64,000 bases of DNA from Nematocida ausubeli. Its lineage: Eukaryota. The position numbers were made by a program, and so were the translations under genes. Below, in pieces: positions 63,375-64,000 of the stretch (its first letter is position 1; every line of letters starts with the position of its first letter). The notes beneath the pieces are model-generated. The model was not told the origin of the DNA and did not search any database. It saw only the letters and a list, made by a program, of their open reading frames with translations. The DNA lies in contig NW_026515637.1 in assembly GCF_000738915.1 (NCBI RefSeq), forward strand, positions 186,001-250,000, read 5' to 3'.

Positions 63375-64000
63375 GCTAGTAGTGAAAAAATAAAAAGCTA
63401 AATAGACTCAAAATCAATGATATTGCATGAAATATTAAAGAATCAGAGATTTATACTCTGTTCTGCATAAGTACTGATACAAGCGCACGCTATGCATTTA
63501 TACAGACATGCCTGATAGTGCATATGGTTATTAAATCAGCTATGATTATTCAACAAATTAACTTCTATGATAATAAGCATGCGTTGTAAATTAATGGTAA
63601 GTGGATATTTCCTATTGAAGTTTAGCTTGGCTGTGGGTAGAGTGCGGAATTTTAAAAGAACTTTTTTATGTGGAAGGTTCCATGGTTTTTGGCTTACTAT
63701 AGAAGAAGGACATTGGACTTTCTGCTAAAAACCAACTATCCAATAGAAGCACTATCTTATGTAAAATCCCATTATAATGCTGTGGAACTTCTTTTTTGTA
63801 GGCTTCTTCTTTCTTTATTATCATATTCCCATAATGGTTAGAACTCGAGTTATTATTGCATGCTAAGTTTCTTAATTTGTACTCCTTATTTCAATATTCT
63901 ATTAAAATACATCTGCTGCTATTTGAAGAAGAAATAAAGGTAACTCAGAGTATATAGATGCAAATAGTGTTTATTTTAATTTATGTTTAAAGTGCAGAAG

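Noticed and set aside
63666..63890. Open minus-strand frame (NKEYKLRNLAC...KTMEPST, ~74 codons)
   Set aside because: An in-frame stop lies upstream, only 52 aa follow the first Met, and no homology is recognisable; it might be a pseudogene fragment but this is unsupported

Overview
AT-rich, compact, apparently intron-less eukaryotic DNA, most consistent with a microsporidian of the genus Nematocida. Support: a signal-peptide-bearing hexokinase, a Nematocida large-gene-family-type secreted protein, reduced separase, PDH E1 beta without a presequence, and short AAATTT/CCC-type start contexts. The window holds about 34 CDS. These cover ribosome biogenesis (YTM1-like, NIP7, RPL27A, RLI1, RPC19, NOG2, NOP56, PNO1), cell cycle and chromatin (separase, haspin, MSH6, NASP, FYR protein, NSE3), secretion (GPI13, Lunapark, RGP1, PDI, YKT6, two p24, SEC61 gamma, SPC2) and metabolism (hexokinase, PDH E1 beta, SHMT), plus DHH1, CHS4-like and several lineage-specific secreted or membrane proteins. 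RNA genes are a 5S rRNA, tRNA-Pro(UGG) and a candidate minimal U3-like C/D snoRNA. The most notable unexplained structures are: (1) three diverged two-block direct repeats (27.3, 29.8 and 34.6 kb) that bracket two dissimilar secreted-protein genes like a cassette array; (2) a recurrent intergenic motif, ATATAACCCGAAT; (3) the U3-like RNA behind RPL27A. A 100-N gap at 32.6 kb with a 361-bp exact overlap artificially splits one ~1010-aa gene. All calls come from reading the sequence by eye; no database searches were run.
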